From Nitrospiraceae bacterium (lineage in GTDB: Bacteria; Nitrospirota; Nitrospiria; Nitrospirales; Nitrospiraceae), in NCBI GenBank assembly GCA_037442105.1, contig JBBIQV010000034.1, forward strand, positions 1-33,586: 33,586 bases of DNA, in the 5' to 3' direction. Shown here in pieces: positions 18,631 through 28,231 of the stretch (its first letter is position 1; the number at the start of each line of letters is the position of its first letter). The notes beneath the pieces are model-generated. The model was not told the DNA's origin and made no database searches. It worked only from the letters and a program-made list of their open reading frames with translations. The position numbers were made by a program, and so were the translations under genes.

Positions 18631-18652
18631 TCGCTAGTGGCCACAATCAAGG

Positions 18653-18919
18653 CTAGGCAATTGTTCTCCGGCGCATAGCTTTATCAAGGTCGTACGTGGC
18701 TTGGAGATTCATCCAGAGCTTCGCAGAAGTGCCCAGGACACGCGCCAGATCCAGAGCCGAGTCCGCCGTAATATCGCGCTTGCCCTTAATCAGCTCGTTT
18801 AGACGTGCCCGCGTCCAGCCAAGCTTCTCGGCCAGCGCAGCTTGGGTCATCTTTCCAGGAACAAGAAACTCTTCAAGCAGCATCTCGCCAGGATGGAAGG
18901 GGTTTTTAGGTAGTCTCAT
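18653..18919 (-). CDS. higA: HigA/VapI-family antitoxin
   Basis: HPGEMLLEEFL, TQAALAEKLG, NELIKGKRDIT, WMNLQ..YDL; AGGAGG SD before ATG 18919. Confidence 0.92.
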   Translation of the reverse strand: MRLPKNPFHPGEMLLEEFLVPGKMTQAALAEKLGWTRARLNELIKGKRDITADSALDLARVLGTSAKLWMNLQATYDLDKAMRRRTIA

Positions 18920-18946
18920 CGCTCGCACCTCCTGATATCCCACATC

Positions 18947-19237
18947 TCAGTGATAATCGATGACTTGAACCTCATAGGCATTGCCGGCGTGCCAGCGAAA
19001 GACAACCCGCCATCGATCGTTGACCCGAATGGAGTGAAAGCCCTTCCATTCACCCTTCAATGCCTCCAGCCGATTCCCAGGAGGCTCACGAAGATCGCTG
19101 ATCTCAGCCGCATCATGCAAATAGAGCAGCTTTCGACGAGCGGCTCGAATCAAATCCGGTGGAAAGCGCAGGACGGCTTTCGATCGCCGATCATCGAACA
19201 AGTCTTCTGCAAGCCGATTGGCAAAAGATTCAATCAC
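18947..19237 (-). CDS. higB: HigB (plasmid maintenance killer type) toxin
   Basis: MIESF, DLREPPGNRLEALKG, HSIRVNDRWRVVFRW, VIDYH; appears intact. Confidence 0.92.
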   Translation of the reverse strand: MIESFANRLAEDLFDDRRSKAVLRFPPDLIRAARRKLLYLHDAAEISDLREPPGNRLEALKGEWKGFHSIRVNDRWRVVFRWHAGNAYEVQVIDYH

Positions 19238-19243
19238 GGAACG

Positions 19244-19272
19244 ATGTTATCGAACATCGATAACTCACGCAA
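19244..19272 (-). promoter_or_regulatory. higBA promoter with palindromic operator
   Basis: Minus-strand TTGCGT, 17 nt spacer, TAACAT ending 6 nt before the GTG; perfect GTTATCGA-ACA-TCGATAAC palindrome at 19246-19264. Confidence 0.7.
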
Positions 19273-19308
19273 GAGGGAACCGGACAGCCCCCATCCTCGG
19301 CGCACCAA

Positions 19309-19446
19309 TCACACCAAGCGGCTCGACAGATCAATCAGGACCCCCTCGCGCAATCCTAGATCACTGACCAGCACCGCCGATATTCCCAGCGTCTCCATCA
19401 TCTTGCGAACAATGATCGCGCCACCGGCGATGACCTGTTTACGGTC
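19309..19446 (-). repeat. Ppx/GppA C-terminal coding fragment, copy 3
   Basis: DRKQVIAGGAIIVRKMMETLGISAVLVSDLGLREGVLIDLSSRLV-stop. Confidence 0.85.
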
Positions 19447-19475
19447 TGATGGCCTCAAGAATTGAGCAGTAATTA

Positions 19476-19679
19476 GGGGTCTTGCAACCACACATTCGGT
19501 CGTCCCCGCGCGCGCTTGTTCTCCCATGTCCTGTCGTTTCGGCTGTCTTCAACCCTTTCTCACAGATCGCCGCTGATTTCTCGGTGCCTTTATTGGCGAA
19601 TTCGATAAGATTCACGAGCAGGTCGTCTGGTAGGTGTATCGGAAAAAGAGGCGAATGTATGATTGCAAGACCTGACCCC
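19476..19679. repeat. ~200-bp segment bounded by inverted copies of the RAYT-linked motif
   Basis: GGGGTCTTGCAACCACACATTCG (19476-19498) and CGAATGTATGATTGCAAGACCTGACCCC (19652-19679). Confidence 0.65.
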
Positions 19680-19761
19680 ATTTAGCGTGCGCATTTAGAA
19701 GCGGGAAGCGTTAGGTGATGCGGCCTTGATCTTTCCTGCTTCCCAGGCTACCCTTCAACAC

Positions 19762-19989
19762 ATGGATTGGAAGAATCGCATTACCATTGATCCCGAGAAG
19801 CGTGGCGGCAAGCCGTGTATTCGTGGGCTTCGCATGACCGTGTATGACGTTCTGGAGTACCTTGCTTCCGGCATGAGCGAAGAAGAGATTCTCAAGGACT
19901 TTCCCGATCTCACCCGTGAAGACATCCGGGCCTGTCTGGCCTTTGCAGCGGAGAGAGAGCGGAAGCTTGTGTCGATTCCACCGTCGTGA
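19762..19989 (+). CDS. DUF433-family antitoxin
   Basis: RITIDPEKRGGKPCIRGLRMTVYDVLEYLASGMSEEEILKDFPDLTREDIRACLAFAA; TTGATC-17-TACCCT promoter 7 nt upstream. Confidence 0.92.
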   Translation: MDWKNRITIDPEKRGGKPCIRGLRMTVYDVLEYLASGMSEEEILKDFPDLTREDIRACLAFAAERERKLVSIPPS

Positions 19990-20062
19990 AGCTGCTCTTC
20001 GATCAAAACCTCTCTCATCGACTCGTTACAGCCCTGCAGGAAGCATATCCCAACCCAGATAA
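19986..20062 (+). pseudogene. Truncated DUF5615/PIN-like toxin
   Basis: GTGA overlap with DUF433; MKLLFDQNLSHRLVTALQEAYPN, then similarity ends at the repeat motif at 20063; frame stops at 20144. Confidence 0.8.
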
Positions 20063-20149
20063 GGGTCAGGCGTTGCCATACAACATGTTCTCGTTCACAC
20101 TCTCGATCAACCGTAGGTGTTGTTGCGAGACCCCGATTCTCTGACGCGC

Positions 20150-21166
20150 ATGTTGCTGTCCGAGTTCGATTTTCCTTTCGATCCTTCCCTCGTTGCGACC
20201 GAACCGGTGATTCCCCGCGATCACGCGCGTTTGCTGGTCGTCGACCGGCATGGCGGACCGGTGCGCCATCAGCGCGTGGCCGACCTCCCTCAATTATTGA
20301 AGCGAGGAGATCTCCTCGTCGTGAACGACACCAAAGTCCTCGCCGCTCGGATGATGGGAAGGAAACGGCCCGGCGGGGGAGTCGTCGAGCTGTTGTTCGT
20401 GCGCGAGATCAAGCCCGATCTCTGGGAAGTGCTGATGAGGGGAACATGCCGGCCTGGTCAGATCATCGACCTCGATGGGGACGCGCGCGCACACGTGGTT
20501 GAGCGCGGGATATCATGCGTCGTTCGAATCGAAAGCGCCTGCCCGGTGCGGGAACTGTTCCAACGCGCGGGACACATGCCGCTGCCGCCCTATATTAAGC
20601 GGTCTCCCACTGATGCTGATCGCCTGTGGTATCAAACCCTGTTTGCGCGAGAAGACGGCGCGATTGCCGCGCCCACCGCCGGGCTTCACTTCACGCCTCG
20701 GTTGATTGAAGCGCTGCGCGGCACCGGCGTACAACTGGCGACTATCACGCTCCATGTTGGGCTGGGGACGTTCAAGCCGGTCACCGCGGAGCGCATCGAG
20801 GAGCATCGGATGGATGCCGAGGTGGTGGAGGTACCGGCGCAGACGGTTCACATGATTCGAGAGACGAAAGCGGCAGGAAGTCGGGTGGTGGCGGTCGGGA
20901 CCACGACGGTCCGTGCACTCGAGTCGGCTGCAAAGGAGGAGGGTGCATTACGACCGTTTCAGGGAAACACGAACCTGTTTGTTGTGCCCGGCTATGCGTT
21001 TCGAGTTGTGGACGCCCTGATGACCAACTTTCATCACCCTCGCACGACGTTGCTTATGCTGGTGTCGGCGCTGACGGGAGTGGAGCGTCTGCGAGAAGCC
21101 TACCGGACAGCGATCGAGGCCCGCTATCGATTCTACAGCTACGGGGATGCGATGCTGATTCTTTAG
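20150..21166 (+). CDS. queA: S-adenosylmethionine:tRNA ribosyltransferase-isomerase
   Basis: VNDTKV, PLPPYI, YQT, AAPTAGLHFT, LHVGLGTF, VGTT, TNFH, YRFYSYGDAM. Confidence 0.97.
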   Translation: MLLSEFDFPFDPSLVATEPVIPRDHARLLVVDRHGGPVRHQRVADLPQLLKRGDLLVVNDTKVLAARMMGRKRPGGGVVELLFVREIKPDLWEVLMRGTCRPGQIIDLDGDARAHVVERGISCVVRIESACPVRELFQRAGHMPLPPYIKRSPTDADRLWYQTLFAREDGAIAAPTAGLHFTPRLIEALRGTGVQLATITLHVGLGTFKPVTAERIEEHRMDAEVVEVPAQTVHMIRETKAAGSRVVAVGTTTVRALESAAKEEGALRPFQGNTNLFVVPGYAFRVVDALMTNFHHPRTTLLMLVSALTGVERLREAYRTAIEARYRFYSYGDAMLIL

Positions 21167-21252
21167 CGAATAGCGAGCAGCGAATAGCTAAGAGCGAGCA
21201 TTGGCCGGTCGTCTTCTGCTACCCGCTGCTTGCTACCTGCTGTTCGCTTTCT
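21164..21252. repeat. Heptamer-periodic imperfect inverted repeat between convergent genes
   Basis: TAGCGAA TAGCGAG CAGCGAA TAGCTAA ... CCCGCTG CTTGCTA CCTGCTG TTCGCT. Confidence 0.6.
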
Positions 21253-21253
21253 A

Positions 21254-21952
21254 TCAGAGGAGTTCTTTGCGAATCTTGACGGGCAGTGAGGCTTTCAGCG
21301 CTTCCTGATAGGCCATGAGCGCGCGCTGCTGCTTCTGAAACAGGAAGTCTTGGAAGATTCGATTTTGGGACGACTGGTCCTTGGATGCGTCGGAGGAAGA
21401 TTGCCGCGCCATGAGGGCTTGGGCTTCAGAGATCTCAGCAGGGGTCAGGGCGACTGCGTCGCTGACGATGGTCCGGGCTTTGTTCACCAGGATTTCTTTC
21501 GATTCCATCGCTTCGAAGATTGCAGGAGTGAGGTGATTGGCGGCCAGCAATTGCTGGTACACGTCCGGATCGAACTTGCCGTTGCGTTGGAATTCCGGAC
21601 GTTGCAGAATCGCCTCGCGGAGGGCTTCTTCTGTGACGGTCAAACCCATATTGGCGGCGGCAATGAGCCAAATCCGGTTATCGATCATTTGTTCGATCAC
21701 GTACTGTTTGATTGTTTCGTCTTTGAATTCGCCCTGCGCCTTCTCCTTGTAGAAGCGGTAGGTGTTCTCGTAGGCGCGACGGAACTCATCGCGCGAGACG
21801 ATCAGATTGCCGACGGACGCGACCACGTTGGCCTCTTGCCCCCCGAACCCCCACCAGCCCATTGTGATGACGAACGCGACCGCCAGCACGCCCATGATGG
21901 ATTTCAACAGCCACGGATAGTTGTGGGCGGCCTCACGCATCAGCTTGATCAT
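21254..21952 (-). CDS. SurA N-terminal-domain (PpiD-like) membrane-anchored chaperone
   Basis: N-terminal TM anchor, VASVG...SRDEF, FQRNGKFD..Y..LL; no PPIase domain visible. Confidence 0.82.
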   Translation of the reverse strand: MIKLMREAAHNYPWLLKSIMGVLAVAFVITMGWWGFGGQEANVVASVGNLIVSRDEFRRAYENTYRFYKEKAQGEFKDETIKQYVIEQMIDNRIWLIAAANMGLTVTEEALREAILQRPEFQRNGKFDPDVYQQLLAANHLTPAIFEAMESKEILVNKARTIVSDAVALTPAEISEAQALMARQSSSDASKDQSSQNRIFQDFLFQKQQRALMAYQEALKASLPVKIRKELL

Positions 21953-22117
21953 AACTTATGCCCTCTCCCGGTCAAATTAACCGAATTCTACTCAGCCAAG
22001 CGTGGGAAGGCAAGAGCCGGTGCGTGGGTGGCATCGCGCGGACCAGTCGGCGATGAGCGAAAAAAGAACGGCTCTTTATTTGTGCTGTCCGGGCGAATTT
22101 GTTATATTGTTCGCTAA

Positions 22118-23694
<1,577 letters not shown>

Positions 23695-23709
23695 GGTTCC
23701 CTCCTACAC

Positions 23710-24597
23710 ATGTGGATGGCCATGTTTCGGTCAACCTACGGCACACGGCGTGTGGCCGTGGTGTTGTTCTTCCTACTCCTCTCGGTTCTGCTTCTGCTTC
23801 CGGCGCAGCTCCAGGGCGTCCTTCAACAGGTCGGCGGCCCCGTTGGAAGAGTGCTGACGCTGCCGATCGAGGCGTTCGCTTCGATCGATCGCGGATTGTC
23901 GGAGATTTGGGAGGGGTATGTCGCCTTGCAAGGCGTACGAGAGGAGAATCAGCGACTGCAAAAAGAAATCGAAATGTTGCAAGAACAGAACAACCAGTTG
24001 CGCGAGACGGCCGTGGCGACCCAGCGCCTGGCCGCGCTTCTGAGCTTTAAGGAGCGGACGGCGTCCGAAACCATCCCGGCACAGGTGATCGGGCGGGATG
24101 CCACGAACTGGTACCGGTCCTTGGTGCTCAACAAAGGTGCGCAGGACGGGGTGCGGACCGAGATGGGGGTCATGACGCCGGCCGGCGTGGTCGGCCGCGT
24201 CGTCAAAACCGCCGCTTCATCCTCCGTGGTTCTGCTCGTCACGGACCCGAACAACGCCATTGCCGGCTTGATTCAGCGCACCAGGGATGAAGGGATCGTC
24301 GAGGGGACCATGAAGGGGCGCGCACGATTGAACTACATCCCGCTGCTTTCAGGGGTTCGTGCAGGTGATCGCGTCGTGACCTCTGGTCTTACGGGGGGAT
24401 TCCCGCGCGGAATCTTTGTCGGCTCGATTACCCGTATCGAAAGAGAGGAAGGTGATCTCTTTCAGTCCGCCGAGATCGTGCCCGATGTCGATTTCACGAA
24501 ACTGGAAGAGGTCTTGATCATCAAGGTGCCTTACGGCGAGGGCGACCGTCAGGACGATAGCCCGTTGGCCAATGCGCCGGCAAAGGACAAGCCATGA
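23710..24597 (+). CDS. mreC: Rod shape-determining protein MreC
   Basis: TM plus coiled coil (ENQRL), GVVGRV, VVTSGLTGGFPRG; follows mreB. Confidence 0.94.
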   Translation: MWMAMFRSTYGTRRVAVVLFFLLLSVLLLLPAQLQGVLQQVGGPVGRVLTLPIEAFASIDRGLSEIWEGYVALQGVREENQRLQKEIEMLQEQNNQLRETAVATQRLAALLSFKERTASETIPAQVIGRDATNWYRSLVLNKGAQDGVRTEMGVMTPAGVVGRVVKTAASSSVVLLVTDPNNAIAGLIQRTRDEGIVEGTMKGRARLNYIPLLSGVRAGDRVVTSGLTGGFPRGIFVGSITRIEREEGDLFQSAEIVPDVDFTKLEEVLIIKVPYGEGDRQDDSPLANAPAKDKP

Positions 24598-25094
24598 AGG
24601 CTATGATCTACGTCGCCCTGGCCGTGGCGATCGTTCCGCTGCAATCGACCCTCTGGCAGGCTGTGAACATAGATGGCATAAGGCCTGATCTTGGGCTTGT
24701 GGCCGCGTGTCTCGTAGGGTTTCTAGCCGGCGAATTGGATGGGCTGCTGCTCGGTTGTCTGCTGGGATTCTCACAAGACATTTTTTCCGCCGGCGCGCTG
24801 TGGCTGAACTTGGTAACGAAGGGCGGCGCCGGATTTCTGGCTGGTCTCGTTGAGCGCCAGGTGGCGCACCTCACGCCGATGTTGGTGTTTGTTGCGGTGT
24901 TGATCGTATCTGCCCTGTCCGGTGCTATCGTGATCGTTGCCATGAAGCTCAAGGCGTTCGACGATTTGTGGTTTACGGTCGGACGTGTCGTGGTGTTGCA
25001 GGCTGTTTTTGATGCATTGATGGGCGTGGGTGTTTACTGGGTGGTGCAGCGGCGATTCTTGGCCGAGCGGTTCCTGGCGGAAGACCGGCTCTAA
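24594..25094 (+). CDS. mreD: Rod shape-determining protein MreD
   Basis: Hydrophobic protein with RPDL motif between mreC and mrdA. Confidence 0.8.
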   Translation: MKAMIYVALAVAIVPLQSTLWQAVNIDGIRPDLGLVAACLVGFLAGELDGLLLGCLLGFSQDIFSAGALWLNLVTKGGAGFLAGLVERQVAHLTPMLVFVAVLIVSALSGAIVIVAMKLKAFDDLWFTVGRVVVLQAVFDALMGVGVYWVVQRRFLAERFLAEDRL

Positions 25095-25139
25095 ACGGGG
25101 GCGACGGCGGAGCCTGGTCCGGCAGGCGTGCAGTAATCG

Positions 25140-27023
25140 GTGATGGCAAGCGTTGGCTTTCAAGATACGGAACTGAGTGAGCTGCAGCGGCGGCTGACCA
25201 TTTTGCGAATCGGCCTGTTGCTCGTTGTGGCGCTGCTTGCGCTCCGTCTGTGGCATCTGCAAATCCACGAGGGGCTCTATTACAGGGATTTGTCAGAGAA
25301 CAACCGAACCCGCTCGGTTATTCTTGAACCGGCACGCGGGCTGATCTTCGATCGGAATGGCGTCCTCCTGGCCAATAACGTCCCCAGTTTTAGTCTGTAT
25401 GTCACGTTGGAGGACGTAAAGGATCGGGAGGTTTTGGTTGGACAGCTTACGTCGCTCTTGGGACTGGACCCCGCGCTCACCCGCAAGAAGCTTTCCGTTA
25501 AGGGGAGCAAGCTCCTGCAGCGAAAAATCAAAGATCGATTGACGCTCCGTGAGGCGACGATCATTGAATCCCACCGTCTGGATCTTCCGGGGGTCATGAT
25601 TCAGGTGGAGTCTCAACGCAACTACCCGGGCGGAGTCACTGCTGCGCATTTAATAGGGTACGTAGGTGAAATCTCAGCGGAGCAATTGGAGCGGGCAGGC
25701 ACCGATGATCTCCACCAAGGCAGTATTGTCGGACAGTACGGCGTCGAGAAGTCCTTTGATCGCTATCTGAGAGGACGGGCCGGCGAGAAGAGCGTAGAAG
25801 TCGATGCACTGGGCCACGAAAAACGGACGGCGGTGGTGGAGAAGCCCCGCGCCGGCGATGACTTGTATTTGACGATCGACATCCGCCTGCAACAACTGGC
25901 GGAAGCGTTATTGGGCGAGGAGGCCGGGGCGATCGTGGCGCTGGACCCCGCGAACGGCGATGTGCTGGCCTTGGCGAGCCGACCGGCCTTCGATCCGAAC
26001 ATGCTCTCGCGCGAGCTGACGCCCAAACAGTGGGTGGAGATCGTGCAGGATGAAGGGCGGCCCCTGAACAACCGGGCGACACAGGGGCAATATCCGCCCG
26101 GCTCCACCTTCAAAGTGGTGATGGCGGTCGCGGCGCTCGAAAGCAACACGGTGTCGCCGTCGTCGACGATCCGCTGCACGGGCGGCTATCAGTTCGGGAA
26201 CCGCCTCTATCACGACTGGAAGGCGGGAGGACACGGTTTGATTGATTTACGACACGCGCTGGTTCACTCCTGCGACGTGTACTTCTACACCGTCGGTCAG
26301 CGGATGGGTATCGACACGATTGCGGACTATGCCGCGCAGTTCGGGTTGGGACGCGAGACCGGGATCGAGTTGCCGTCTGAACGGGTCGGGATCGTCCCGT
26401 CATCGGCCTGGAAACAGAAAGCGAAAGGGCAGCCGTGGTTGCCGGGTGAAACCATCTCCGCATCTATTGGGCAGGGCTATGTCACGGTCACCCCGTTGCA
26501 GATGGCGAGTGTCATTGGGACCGTTGCGAATAGCGGTATCTCTTTCCGCCCCCGATTGGTACAAGCCGTGATGGATCGAACCACCGGCCGCTTGCAGGAG
26601 TTGCCCGCAGTCCCGCGCGGAAAGCTGAAAGTAACCGGTGATCACTTAAAGTTGATCCAGGAGGCCTTGGCTGGTGTCGTCACGGAAGGCACCGCCACAC
26701 GCGCGAAATCTCCCCTCGTGACGATTGCGGGCAAGACCGGGACGGCGCAAACCGCCGCGTTGCGCACAGGTCCGGAGGAGGACATCCCCAAGAAGCTTCG
26801 TGACCATGCCTGGTTTGTGGCCTTTGCGCCGGTGGAGGTGCCGCGCATCGCCGTGGCCGTGTTGGTGGAACATATGGGCCACGGAGGGTCGGCGGCGGCC
26901 CCATTGGCAAAATCCCTCATCGAGGCGTATGTGAAGCTCGCGCCTCGTGCGCCGATGGTGGTGCCGGTGGACAAACAGAACGGCGCCGAAGCCGTCAGCC
27001 GGGAGAGCGCACGTCTACTATGA
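25140..27023 (+). CDS. mrdA: Penicillin-binding protein 2
   Basis: ARGLIFDRNG, PGSTFK (SxxK), SCD, KTGTAQ, DHAWF. Confidence 0.95.
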   Translation: MMASVGFQDTELSELQRRLTILRIGLLLVVALLALRLWHLQIHEGLYYRDLSENNRTRSVILEPARGLIFDRNGVLLANNVPSFSLYVTLEDVKDREVLVGQLTSLLGLDPALTRKKLSVKGSKLLQRKIKDRLTLREATIIESHRLDLPGVMIQVESQRNYPGGVTAAHLIGYVGEISAEQLERAGTDDLHQGSIVGQYGVEKSFDRYLRGRAGEKSVEVDALGHEKRTAVVEKPRAGDDLYLTIDIRLQQLAEALLGEEAGAIVALDPANGDVLALASRPAFDPNMLSRELTPKQWVEIVQDEGRPLNNRATQGQYPPGSTFKVVMAVAALESNTVSPSSTIRCTGGYQFGNRLYHDWKAGGHGLIDLRHALVHSCDVYFYTVGQRMGIDTIADYAAQFGLGRETGIELPSERVGIVPSSAWKQKAKGQPWLPGETISASIGQGYVTVTPLQMASVIGTVANSGISFRPRLVQAVMDRTTGRLQELPAVPRGKLKVTGDHLKLIQEALAGVVTEGTATRAKSPLVTIAGKTGTAQTAALRTGPEEDIPKKLRDHAWFVAFAPVEVPRIAVAVLVEHMGHGGSAAAPLAKSLIEAYVKLAPRAPMVVPVDKQNGAEAVSRESARLL

Positions 27024-28138
27024 TCGATCGCGTCATCGATGGTCGTGGGTTCGATAACTTCGATTGGCGTTTCATGGGATTGATCGTCGGGATCCTCTCC
27101 TTGGGCGTGCTGTCGATTTATAGCGTCACGCATGAACAACAGGGGGGGCTGCCTTTCTACGTGAAGCAACTTTTCTGGATTGTCCTCGGGGCGGTGGCGT
27201 TCCTGGCTATGCTTCTGTTCGACTACCATAAGATCGCGCGCTTGGCCTATCCGCTCTATGGGATCATTCTCGTTCTGTTGGCGATCGTGCTGGTGATGGG
27301 AAAATCGAGCCGTGGGGCGCAGCGGTGGATTCCGATAGGGCCCTTTGCCTTTCAGCCGTCCGAATTCGCTAAGCTGGTGCTGATTTTGGTCCTGGCGAAG
27401 TACTACACGACTATGCCTCGCATCGGCTGGTTCCAGCGGGTGGTGCTGCCGGGACTGATGGTTCTGCCCGGGCTCCTGCTTATCCTCAAACAGCCGGACC
27501 TCGGGAGCGGTCTGAGTTTTCTGGCCGTTTATGCCGCTATGCTTCTCATGGTGGGGGTGCGTTCAAAGGCGTTGGGGGTCATCATCCTGTTTTCGCTCAT
27601 GCTGTTCCCCTTCGCCTGGGAAATGCTGTGGGGCTCGCTCCATGACTATCAACGACACCGCATCATGGCGTTTGTCGATCCGGCGTACGATCCGGGCGGC
27701 AAGGGCTATCATGCGTTGCAGTCACGTATCGCCATCGGCTCGGGCGAACTGCTCGGGAAAGGTTTGTATGGAGGGACGCAGAGCCAGCTCAAGTTTTTGC
27801 CCGAGGGCCATACCGATTTCGTGTTTGCGGTCTTTGCCGAGGAGTGGGGCTTTCTCGGCGTCCTGGTGTTGTTGGTATTGTTTGTGGTGTTGATCTGGCT
27901 GTCGCTGGAAATTGCGTTCAAAGCAAAGGATGCACTGGGCGCGCTGCTGGCCGCAGGGATCATCGCCATGTTGTGTTTTTGCGTCGTGGTCAATATCGGT
28001 ATGACGGCGGGGATGTTCCCGATTGTCGGCATCCCCTTGCCCCTCATGAGCTATGGGGGGAGCGCCACCATCATGACCATGGCGTCATTGGGCTTGTTGT
28101 TAAATGTGAAGCGGCGGCGGTTGACGCTGTTTTACTAA
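27020..28138 (+). CDS. rodA: SEDS peptidoglycan polymerase RodA
   Basis: GAQRW, QPSEFAK, QPDLGS, PEGHTDF, PLMSYGGS. Confidence 0.95.
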   Translation: MIDRVIDGRGFDNFDWRFMGLIVGILSLGVLSIYSVTHEQQGGLPFYVKQLFWIVLGAVAFLAMLLFDYHKIARLAYPLYGIILVLLAIVLVMGKSSRGAQRWIPIGPFAFQPSEFAKLVLILVLAKYYTTMPRIGWFQRVVLPGLMVLPGLLLILKQPDLGSGLSFLAVYAAMLLMVGVRSKALGVIILFSLMLFPFAWEMLWGSLHDYQRHRIMAFVDPAYDPGGKGYHALQSRIAIGSGELLGKGLYGGTQSQLKFLPEGHTDFVFAVFAEEWGFLGVLVLLVLFVVLIWLSLEIAFKAKDALGALLAAGIIAMLCFCVVVNIGMTAGMFPIVGIPLPLMSYGGSATIMTMASLGLLLNVKRRRLTLFY

Positions 28139-28231
28139 AGTAAGCCGTCAGCCGTCGGCTTTCAGCGCTCAGCCTGGAGTTTTCAACGAGCAAAGCGCTG
28201 ACCGCTGCACGCTCATGGTGAAGGAGTTCCT

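Noticed and set aside
15355..19475. Classical integron or CRISPR array
   Set aside because: No intI or cas gene, no attC-type RYYYAAC...GTTRRRY pairs recognised, and the repeats are coding fragments separated by gene-sized spacers.
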